Counted from the first letter of the stretch, positions 18,056 through 24,913 are shown. The stretch is DNA of 64,000 nt from Oscillospiraceae bacterium (GCA_017449185.1 JAFSJZ010000048.1:2937-66936); one strand, 5' to 3'. The notes: generated from the letters alone by a model not told the origin. A program made the numbers and translations.

Positions 18056-18445
18056 AAAAAGCGATACGGATCCGCTTCGCGTTTGGTGTCCGGGGGAAAG
18101 ATGCTCCAGCGGGGATTCGCTGCGTTTGCGCCTTGCGGGGGGGAGGAGCATGCTGGGACCGACGCCTTCGGCGACTCGGGTACTTTTCGGCACAGAAAGC
18201 GGGGATTCGAACCCCGGAAGCCCGTCGCAAGGCGACGGACTTCATTTATCCGCTCCGCTCTCGATAAAGACCGCTCCAGCGGATGATTCGCTGCGTTTGC
18301 GCCTTGCGGGGGATCGGCGCAAACCAAGGTATCGACCAGTTTGCGAACTGGTCGATGCACACGCCCCCGGCGTGTGCGATACTGATTCGAATCCCCGCGG
18401 AGCGAAAAAAGGACAAGACCCCACATGGGGGTCTTGCCTTTTTGG
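18056..18445. repeat. Non-coding mosaic of tRNA-Lys-3'-end-like and T-arm-like fragments and GC hairpins
   Basis: Exact matches to the tRNA-Lys locus: 18073..18095 equals 23684..23706 (23 nt), and 18198..18218 equals 23777..23797 (21 nt, T-arm). There is an internal direct repeat of about 38 nt at 18104..18141 and 18274..18312. tttatccgctc occurs at 18246 and also at 23655. Confidence 0.7.
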
Positions 18446-18577
18446 CACATCTGCATAAACTTGATACAATGAACAGATTCTGAGGGCATCTGTTCATTTT
18501 TCCTCCTCAAGAAAGTGCAGACATCAATGGGGATTCACATCGGCGTGACAAAACGGACAAAAGGGACAAAAGAGACC

Positions 18578-19774
18578 TTACCAAACGTCTGCCAGCAGAA
18601 AATCCTCCAGGTGCACGATGCGGACGCCGTTCTCATTCCCCGTCGCAAGGCGATCCAGCGTGACCACATATTTCGGATAGTTGTCCGGGATCTCCAGCAG
18701 ATTGTCCGTCTCGCGGGTAGTGTCCTCCGGAATAGTCACACAAGCCTGAACATAGAGCCGCTCACCGCGCTTTTCCGCCACGAAGTCGATCTCCTTGCTG
18801 CCGAGCTTGCCGATATAGACCTCATAGCTACGGCGGCGCATTTCCAAATAAATGATGTTCTCTAGCGCGGCCGCGCGCATCCGGCCGTTATAACCGCAGA
18901 GCGCGTACTTCAGTGACACATCCGCCAGATAGTACTTTTCCTGCGTTTTCAGGACTGCCTTTCCCTGCAGATCATAGCGCTTGCAGGGGTAGATGACAAA
19001 CGCCTGTTCCAGCCAGCGCAAATAATTATAGATAGTCTCCACCGAGACCGTCCTGTGCTCGCTCTTCAAAAAGGTGCTGATGGAGTTTGCAGAAAAGGTT
19101 TTGCCCATATTCTCGATCACAAAACGCACGACACGGTCAAACAGATCCTGCTTCGAGATACGGTGACGCTTTACGATATCGCGGGATACGACGGTGTGAT
19201 AGATGCCCTCTACGATCTGATACGCGGTCTGGTCATCGTATTCGCCCAGCGCCACAAGCGGAAAACCGCCCATGCGGATATAATCCTCCAGCCGTTCTGA
19301 CCGGCTGCGGTTACTCCCTTTTTTGAATTCCAGATATTCCTGGAAAGAAAGCGTATAGACAGAAATCGGCACACAGCGGCCTGTGAGATAGGTGGAGATC
19401 TCACTGCTCATCAGCTTAGAGTTGGAGCCGGTCACATAAATGTCCACATCGGCGCTTTCAAGCAAGCTGTTGACGGCCTTTTCCCAGCCCTTGATCTCCT
19501 GCACCTCGTCCAGAAGCAAGTAGCAGCGGTCTTTTTGGGTGATTGCGGCTTTCAAGTCCTCGTACATCCGACGCTGGTCGAAGTCATCAAGCTCCATATC
19601 CGTATAGCGCCGGGAAACGATTCTTTCTTCCGCTATTCCTCTGTTGCGCAGTTCATCGTGAAGCATCAGAAAGATGGTTGATTTTCCACACCGGCGTATG
19701 CCGGTAAGGATTTTAACCAACGGGGCGTCCATAAAAGGACGGATCGCCTCCAAATAATCCGGTCGAAGAATCAT
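18578..19774 (-). CDS. AAA+ ATPase (AAA_14 / DUF4143 type)
   Basis: RBS GGAGGTG. Walker A GIRRCGKST, Walker B YLLLDEVQ, and a C-terminal DUF4143-like region. GC is lower than the flanks (by eye). Confidence 0.9.
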   Translation of the reverse strand: MILRPDYLEAIRPFMDAPLVKILTGIRRCGKSTIFLMLHDELRNRGIAEERIVSRRYTDMELDDFDQRRMYEDLKAAITQKDRCYLLLDEVQEIKGWEKAVNSLLESADVDIYVTGSNSKLMSSEISTYLTGRCVPISVYTLSFQEYLEFKKGSNRSRSERLEDYIRMGGFPLVALGEYDDQTAYQIVEGIYHTVVSRDIVKRHRISKQDLFDRVVRFVIENMGKTFSANSISTFLKSEHRTVSVETIYNYLRWLEQAFVIYPCKRYDLQGKAVLKTQEKYYLADVSLKYALCGYNGRMRAAALENIIYLEMRRRSYEVYIGKLGSKEIDFVAEKRGERLYVQACVTIPEDTTRETDNLLEIPDNYPKYVVTLDRLATGNENGVRIVHLEDFLLADVW

Positions 19775-20042
19775 GATCCCACCTCCAACCCGATACTACC
19801 AAAAAAGTCCGTCGAAAGCAAGAGTTTTTCCGGTTGAACTTGAAAAACTTTTCCTTTGCACCAATTTTTTATATTCAACTCCAGAAATAAACCAAACAGG
19901 AAGAAAAGAGTTTTCAGATAATAAGTCTTGTTTTAAGATATACAATATCACTAATTCCTTGACGGCCCTGTATATGGTATGGTAAAGTAAATTTGATACA
20001 ATATTTCCATTTAACGCGCGAAAGAAACGGAGGTCCTCCGGC

Positions 20043-22238
20043 ATGAACATGACAAAACCCATCCCCGGCGCGCGCCGCCCGCAAAAGCTTTTGCGGACGC
20101 TTGCGCTGCTGCTTGTCCTCGTTTTCGCCTCGCAGCTGCTCGCCTGCCCCGTCCACGCGGACGGCGGGCGCGAGATCACGCTGCTGGAGCTCTCCGGCAC
20201 CTGCCGGGTCGAGCGCGGCGGCGAAAGCCTTGCCGCGGAGGAGGGCATGGCCCTCGCCTCCGGCGACACGCTGGTGACGGGCGAGGACGGCAGCCTCCGC
20301 CTGTGCCTCGACGGCGACAAGTTCCTGTATCTCGGCGCCGCCTCCCGCGTGCAGATCACCGCGGAGGGCACGGCCGCGTGCAGCCGCACCGTCGTGCTCG
20401 TCGAGAGCGGCTCCGTCCTGACGGAGGTCAGGCAGAAGCTCTCGGACGATTCGAGCTTTCAGATCGTCAGCTCGAACTCCGTCATGGAGATCCGCGGCAC
20501 CAAGACGTTGACCGAGGTCATCGAGGACCTTGTGACCGGCCACGTCCAGACGAGCAACGCCGTCCTGGAGGGGCAGGTCAAGATCAAGGCCGTCAAGGTC
20601 AAGGCGGACGGGACGGTCGTCTCCGTCGAGCGGGATCTCGGCGCCGGCGAAGGGAACGCCTTCAAATCGGCAAAGGAAGAGCTCGTTTCCAGAGAGGAGA
20701 TGCAGGCCATCGCCGAGACGGGCGCGTCCGTAAGCGGGATCCGCGTGGAGATCGTCTCCGAAGAAGAGGCCGGCGTCGTATTCGACGTGGCGACCTTTGA
20801 CGCCACCTTCCTCGAGAGCGTCAAGAGCATCCTGATCGCGGACGCGGAAGCCGCTGCCGGGGAGAGCCTTTCGGATGAGGAGCTGGACGCGATCAATGCG
20901 CAGATCGACAAAGCGATCAAGTCTCTTGACACGATCCGCGAAGAGTCGCAGGAGGCGGTCAACGCGGCAGCCGAAGCCGGAGCGCAGCCCGAGAACGAGC
21001 CGATGCCGGTCGTTCAGCCGGAGCCCGCGCCGGTCATTCAGCCCGAGCCCGTGCCGGTCATTCAGCCGGTCCCCGTGCCCGCAACGGACGAAACGCAGGA
21101 TGAGGGCACCACGCTCGTAGACGGCGACACCAATCTCATCGACATAGACGACGCCGACGATGAAGACGACAACGCGGGCGACGCCGGAGACGACGAAGGC
21201 GAGACCGAAGAAGAGAGATTGGCCCGCGAGGAAGCGGAACGTCTCGAGGAGGAAGAACAGGAACGTCTCGAGAAAGAAGAACAGGAACGTCTCGAGAAAG
21301 AAGAACAGGAAAAGAAAGAGCGGGAAGCCGCGGAACAGGCGGCCCGCGAGCAGGCGGAACAGGAAGCCCAGCAGGAGCAATCCTCGTCGGGCGGCGGCTC
21401 CGAGCAGGACAGCTCGCCTGACGAGCCCGACCAACCGACCGAGCCCGAGCAGCCCGATGAGCCCGACGAGCCCGACGAACCCGACGAGCCCGACGAGCCC
21501 GACGAGCCCGACGAACCCGACGAACCCGACGAGCCCGACGAACCCAACGAGCCCGATGAGCCCGATGAACCCGACGAGCCCGACGAGCCCGACGAGCCCG
21601 ACGAGCCCGACGAGCCCGACGAACCCGACGAGCCCGACGAGCCCGACGAACCCGACGAGCCCGACGAGCCCGACGAGCCCGACGAGCCCGACGAGCCCGA
21701 CGAGCCCGACGAGCCCGACGAACCCGCGGAGTCTTGTGACGAGCTCGGCCACGACTGGGGCGACTGGGCCGTCACGACCGAGCCCTACGCGGAAACCAAT
21801 GCGGACGGCGCCGTGCTCGCCTGGCACGCCGGCGCAGAGTCCAGGAGCTGCGGCCGCTGCGGCGAAGAGGAGCAGAGGCCGGTCTATGTGGCGCCCGTTC
21901 TCGCGAGCGAAGAATACGAGGACGCGACGAAGCTGCCTATCGACTTCTTCTGGGCCGAGGGCGAGACGGCCCCCGCGGAAGGCATGACGCTGGCGGATCA
22001 CGAATTCCCGTACTGGTGGGCCTCTTCCCCGATGTACAACAACGATCCGGAGACGCGGCTGGATATCCAGGGAGCCGAAATAAGCTGGGAGGACGACAGT
22101 ATCCTTCTGTCCTCGCTGGAGGTCGACGACACGCTTGTGGTCCACATCGCCGTGCCCGAGGAATACCGCGACGCCTTTGAGGACACGGACGTGGCCGTCA
22201 CGCTGATCGAGCGCGGGGCCGTCAACCCTCTGTCCTGA
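20043..22238 (+). CDS. Secreted FecR-domain protein with long acidic low-complexity repeats
   Basis: Signal peptide, FecR-like beta-sandwich region (GDTLVTGEDGSLRLCLDGDKFLYLGAASRV), then E/Q-rich, PVxQPEP and (PDE)n tracts, and a Cys-containing C-terminal domain. Confidence 0.8.
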   Translation: MNMTKPIPGARRPQKLLRTLALLLVLVFASQLLACPVHADGGREITLLELSGTCRVERGGESLAAEEGMALASGDTLVTGEDGSLRLCLDGDKFLYLGAASRVQITAEGTAACSRTVVLVESGSVLTEVRQKLSDDSSFQIVSSNSVMEIRGTKTLTEVIEDLVTGHVQTSNAVLEGQVKIKAVKVKADGTVVSVERDLGAGEGNAFKSAKEELVSREEMQAIAETGASVSGIRVEIVSEEEAGVVFDVATFDATFLESVKSILIADAEAAAGESLSDEELDAINAQIDKAIKSLDTIREESQEAVNAAAEAGAQPENEPMPVVQPEPAPVIQPEPVPVIQPVPVPATDETQDEGTTLVDGDTNLIDIDDADDEDDNAGDAGDDEGETEEERLAREEAERLEEEEQERLEKEEQERLEKEEQEKKEREAAEQAAREQAEQEAQQEQSSSGGGSEQDSSPDEPDQPTEPEQPDEPDEPDEPDEPDEPDEPDEPDEPDEPDEPNEPDEPDEPDEPDEPDEPDEPDEPDEPDEPDEPDEPDEPDEPDEPDEPDEPDEPDEPDEPAESCDELGHDWGDWAVTTEPYAETNADGAVLAWHAGAESRSCGRCGEEEQRPVYVAPVLASEEYEDATKLPIDFFWAEGETAPAEGMTLADHEFPYWWASSPMYNNDPETRLDIQGAEISWEDDSILLSSLEVDDTLVVHIAVPEEYRDAFEDTDVAVTLIERGAVNPLS
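21453..21726 (+). repeat. In-frame 9-bp microsatellite (ccc-gac-gag)n, about 30 units, encoding (Pro-Asp-Glu)n
   Basis: Read directly. The only variation is at synonymous or near-synonymous positions (gac/gat, gag/gaa, and one aac). Confidence 0.95.
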
Positions 22239-22284
22239 CCGGCGCACGCCCCTGTTTGCGCAGAAAAAGCTTCAACACAAACCC

Positions 22285-22620
22285 GTAGGGGAGCAGCTTG
22301 CTGCTCCCTCTTTTTACGCGCACAGCCTTCGCTTCACATTGTAGGGGCGGCCTTTGCGGCCGCCCGTTTCCCCCGTCATTGCGAGGCCCCAACGGGGCCG
22401 CGGCAATCCGTACCCCGTCCCCTCCGTCCCCCCCGTAGGGGCGGCCCTTGCGGCCGCTCGTTTTGCTGCGCTCGCTCGTGAATCGCCCGCCGTTTCCCTC
22501 CCCTCGTCATTGCGAGGAGCGAAGCGACGCGGCAATCCGTATTTCCTTTCCCACGCGGGCCGTCGAGGACGCCATCCCCTACAAATCTAAAACCTAAGCG
22601 GGCGGCCCTTGGGCGCGCTC
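22285..22620. repeat. Cluster of REP/BIME-like elements (GTAG plus GC palindrome) and two cgtcattgcgagg...cggcaatccgta modules
   Basis: GTAGGGG heads at 22285, 22341 and 22435, and an inverted one (cccctac) at 22577..22582. Palindromes ggcggcc/ggccgcc. Modules at 22374..22412 and 22504..22541. Confidence 0.5.
22289..22315 (+). terminator. Intrinsic terminator of the FecR-domain gene
   Basis: gggagcag-cttg-ctgctccc followed by tcttttt. Confidence 0.65.
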
Positions 22621-22676
22621 ACACAGGGATACGGCAGCCGGAACAATAAGCTAAGTATTTCAGGATGAGATGATTT

Positions 22677-23336
22677 ATGGCTATTACAAAAACTGATTTT
22701 ATGCGTGGGATGCAATGTCCCAAAATGCTGTGGCTGGACAAGCACAAACCTGGACTGAAAGTCATTCCTCCTGAAATTCAGGCGCGGCTGGACGCGGGGA
22801 ACGATTTCGGAGATCTGGCAATGGGCATGTTTGGCCCTTATGAAGAAATGACAGTCTATCTTCCAGGAACAACCATTCCTGACAAGGCAGCTATGCTGAA
22901 GCGGACGCAGGATCATTTGGCTGCTGGCACACCAGTAATCTGTGAGGCGGCCTTTTCCAACTATAACAACTATTGTGCCGTTGATATACTTCGGAAGACT
23001 GAGAGCGGCTACGATTTTTACGAAGTCAAAAATGCTCCGGAAGTGTATCCTCAGTTTGTAAAAGATACTGGCTTTCAGTATTACATCATGGCTCGGTGCG
23101 GAATAAACATCGGTAAGATCTTTATCGTTATCCACGGGCCAGACGAGAACAATCCGTTTGTTCCCGTTGAAGTAACAATGCAAGCTAAGAGCTATTACAA
23201 GTGGATCAATGATCACATCTGGGATCTTAATCGCATGCAGAAACAGGCTGAAGAAGTTGATACAGAACCTGGTGAACAATGCTCCACACCATATGAGTGT
23301 TGGTATTATGGGTACTGTCATGGAAGAAAAGAATAA
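22677..23336 (+). CDS. Short PD-(D/E)XK (Cas4/RecB-like, DUF2779-like N-terminus) nuclease-fold protein
   Basis: N-terminal MRGMQCPKMLWLDK, D-x-Y-E-V-K motif (GYDFYEVK), and a C-terminal CSTPYECWYYGYC Cys triad. Clearly AT-richer than the flanks. Confidence 0.6.
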   Translation: MAITKTDFMRGMQCPKMLWLDKHKPGLKVIPPEIQARLDAGNDFGDLAMGMFGPYEEMTVYLPGTTIPDKAAMLKRTQDHLAAGTPVICEAAFSNYNNYCAVDILRKTESGYDFYEVKNAPEVYPQFVKDTGFQYYIMARCGINIGKIFIVIHGPDENNPFVPVEVTMQAKSYYKWINDHIWDLNRMQKQAEEVDTEPGEQCSTPYECWYYGYCHGRKE

Positions 23337-23351
23337 GACTACTCGTAACCT

Positions 23352-23408
23352 GAATACCCATCTCGCATACGAATACCCATTTCGCACACGAATACCCATC
23401 TCGCATAC
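23352..23408 (+). repeat. Three tandem 19-bp direct repeats (gaatacccatctcgcatac), iteron or arm-site-like
   Basis: Copies 1 and 3 are identical and copy 2 has 2 mismatches. An inverted partial copy gtattcgtgtgcga lies at 23495..23508. Confidence 0.9.
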
Positions 23409-23601
23409 GAAATGAAAATGAGTAAAAAGATAAAACAGCTCGTAAATGCAAAGATCCCCGGCAGAATGGCTCTGTCGGGGATCTGCAATTCTTTGTATTC
23501 GTGTGCGAGAAGCAGAAAAGCCTCTTGCTGCATGGGCCTTACTGGCAGGGCGGGGTGCAAAGCAATAGGACCCTAATCGTATCAAGATTAGAGTCCTATT
23601 A

Positions 23602-23726
23602 TGGTGCTCCAGCGGGGATTCGAACCCCGTGACCGCGGCTGCGCCGCGATCACATTTATCCGCTCGCGTTGCTCGCTCAAAAACGCTTCGCGTTTGGTGT
23701 CCGGGGTTCGAGAGTTCCGAGGTATC
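23602..23726 (-). repeat. tRNA-Lys-linked module: inverted T-arm copy, conserved core, hairpin, and direct copy of the tRNA 3' end with CCA
   Basis: 23602..23629 equals 23768..23795 (28 nt direct). 23696..23711 is the exact reverse complement of 23786..23801. The core aaacgcgaagcgtttttgagcga...gcggataaa is shared with 39951..39989. Confidence 0.7.
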
Positions 23727-23767
23727 AAAAAAGATACGGACAGGCCGTTGGCCTGTCCGTATCTTTT
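23727..23767 (-). terminator. Intrinsic terminator of the tRNA cluster
   Basis: 14-bp stem gatacggacaggcc/ggcctgtccgtatc, loop of 3 nt, T6 on the minus strand. Confidence 0.75.
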
Positions 23768-23843
23768 TGGTGCTCCAGCGGGGATTCGAACCCCGGACAC
23801 CCTGCTTAAAAGGCAGGTGCTCTGCCTACTGAGCTACTGGGGC
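23768..23843 (-). tRNA. tRNA-Lys (anticodon UUU), CCA encoded
   Basis: Manual fold of 76 nt. Anticodon arm CCTGC-CTTTTAA-GCAGG, T arm CGGGG-TTCGAAT-CCCCG. The acceptor stem has one C:A mismatch at 3:70. Confidence 0.8.
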
Positions 23844-23846
23844 GGG

Positions 23847-23920
23847 TGGCTGGGATGGCGGGACTCGAACCCACTATATCGGAGTCAAAGTCCGGTGTGT
23901 TACCATTACACTACATCCCA
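23847..23920 (-). tRNA. tRNA-Gln (anticodon UUG), CCA encoded
   Basis: Acceptor TGGGATG/CATCCCA, loop containing CTTTGAC, T arm GTGGG-TTCGAGT-CCCGC, discriminator G. Confidence 0.85.
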
Positions 23921-23970
23921 AAGCTGTTATGAAAGAAACCGGCGGCCGCGGCCGCCGGCCTCTTTTTAAG

Positions 23971-24047
23971 TGGGGTGGGATATGGGGCTCGAACCCACGA
24001 CACCCGGAACCACAATCCGGTGCTCTGCCAACTGAGCTAATCCCACC
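23971..24047 (-). tRNA. tRNA-His (anticodon GUG) with encoded G-1, CCA encoded
   Basis: G-1 opposite C73. Anticodon arm CCGGA-TTGTGGT-TCCGG. T arm with TTCGAGC. Confidence 0.85.
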
Positions 24048-24213
24048 AAATCGTCCTCGCAAGCGCGAGGATTTTCCTTTTCACCGTCTAACCAAATCAA
24101 AGCCCGGCGAAGCGGGTTTGATTTGGAAAAGGAAGAAGGAACTGACGGATGTGCAGTTTTCGCGGCTCTTACGCAAACCGCGGAAACGGAACGCAGTCTG
24201 TTTCTTCTGACGC

Positions 24214-24290
24214 TGGCACGCCAAGAGGGATTCGAACCCCCGACCTATTGCTTAGAAGGCAATTGCTCTATCCTGCTGAGCTATTGGCGC
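24214..24290 (-). tRNA. tRNA-Arg (anticodon UCU), CCA encoded
   Basis: Anticodon arm ATTGC-CTTCTAA-GCAAT, acceptor GCGCCAA/TTGGCGT (G1:U72). Confidence 0.85.
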
Positions 24291-24326
24291 ATATCGATGC
24301 TGCCACTCAACTCCCAAAGCAAATAC

Positions 24327-24400
24327 TGGAGCGGGTGATGGGAATCGAACCCACGTATCCAGCTTGGAAGGCTGGTGTTCTACCATTGAACTACACCCGC
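24327..24400 (-). tRNA. tRNA-Gly (anticodon UCC), CCA encoded
   Basis: Acceptor GCGGGTG/CACCCGC, anticodon arm CCAGC-CTTCCAA-GCTGG. Confidence 0.85.
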
Positions 24401-24706
24401 AGGGGGAGGCGCAACGGGCTCGAACACCTGTCGCCTGTGAGCGCATTTTTTCGGCGCTTTTTGTCTTGTCATCCTTGGCTTGCGCCGGCAAGCCTGCGTC
24501 TTCCGCAACAAAAATCACTCGAAAAACTCCTGCTCACAGGTGCGAAGCAGTTTTCGGGGAGCTGATTCGCGCCTGAGGCGAGGCGCATCCCGCAGGAAAT
24601 ACGTGGGTATATTCAAGGGATGCAACAAAGCATCAGAGGGAATCGGCCAGCGAAAACCGACAGGAGCTCGAGTCCGCTGCGCCTTCTATCCACATTCAGC
24701 CAAGAG

Positions 24707-24736
24707 ATAATACCATAAGCGGCGCGGCAATGTCAA
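24707..24736 (-). promoter_or_regulatory. Strong sigma-A-like promoter pointing at the tRNA cluster, about 300 nt upstream of tRNA-Gly
   Basis: Minus strand reads TTGACA (24736..24731), 18-nt spacer, TATTAT (24712..24707). Confidence 0.45.
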
Positions 24737-24884
24737 CCATTTTATCTTCTTTTTTGCCGCCGGGCGCTTTCTGTGGAAGAAAAAGGAAGACGGCAGAGAA
24801 AAATCTGTAGATGTGGCACAAATTTCACTTAATCTTTTTGGTCGATTTAGTGAAAGAAAGAGCTTTTTTATGTCCCTTTTTCAA

Positions 24885-24913
24885 TTGACAAAGGGAAAGA
24901 CAGCCGCTATAAT
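24885..24913 (+). promoter_or_regulatory. Consensus sigma-A promoter of the peptide ABC importer operon
   Basis: TTGACA (24885..24890), 17-nt spacer, TATAAT (24908..24913). Confidence 0.6.

Larger units (their letters stand above)
18056..23767. mobile_element. Putative degenerate genomic islet inserted at the 3' end of tRNA-Lys (no integrase retained)
   Basis: It is bounded by tRNA-Lys-derived repeats. It contains visibly AT-richer genes (AAA ATPase, short nuclease) and repeat clusters. Boundaries are approximate. Confidence 0.35.

Noticed and set aside
18025-18510. Several 66-161-aa ORFs on both strands in the 18.0-18.5 kb gap.
   Set aside because: The region is built from tRNA-derived fragments and perfect hairpins. 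The ORFs overlap each other in multiple frames and have no RBS and no recognisable domains.
21062-21987. ORFs encoding (SGS)n on the minus strand (21062..21775) and (PTSPT)n in the +2 frame (21160..21987).
   Set aside because: These are alternative-frame readings of the 9-bp (ccc gac gag)n repeat inside the FecR-domain gene. Only the PDE frame is continuous with a signal peptide, the FecR domain and the C-terminal domain.
22314-22590. ORFs 22314..22535 (-) and 22354..22590 (+) as small proteins.
   Set aside because: They are translations of the REP-like / 'cattgcgagg...cggcaatcc' repeat units and overlap on opposite strands.
21453-23408. Possible CRISPR array, considering the 9-bp and 19-bp tandem repeats.
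   Set aside because: The repeats are contiguous with no unique spacers, the unit lengths are too short, the 9-bp tract is coding, and no cas genes are present.
23602-23715. An additional intact class II (long variable arm) tRNA or tmRNA 3' domain downstream of tRNA-Lys.
   Set aside because: The T-arm, acceptor 3' strand and CCA are present, but no complementary 5' acceptor strand (GCTCCAG), D-arm or anticodon stem-loop can be found upstream.
23768-23843. tRNA-Lys as a pseudogene because of a C:A mismatch at acceptor pair 3:70.
   Set aside because: All other stems, loops and conserved positions are intact and CCA is encoded. Single acceptor mismatches occur in functional tRNAs. It is noted in the feature evidence only.
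24401-24736. Identification of the tRNA-cluster leader as SRP RNA, 6S RNA, RNase P RNA, 5S rRNA or tmRNA.
   Set aside because: I could not find any of the hallmark motifs I know. These include the SRP domain IV GGAA/AGCA loops, RNase P GAGGAAAGUCC, the tmRNA tag ORF and the 5S loop sequences. It is kept only as an unclassified candidate in the findings.
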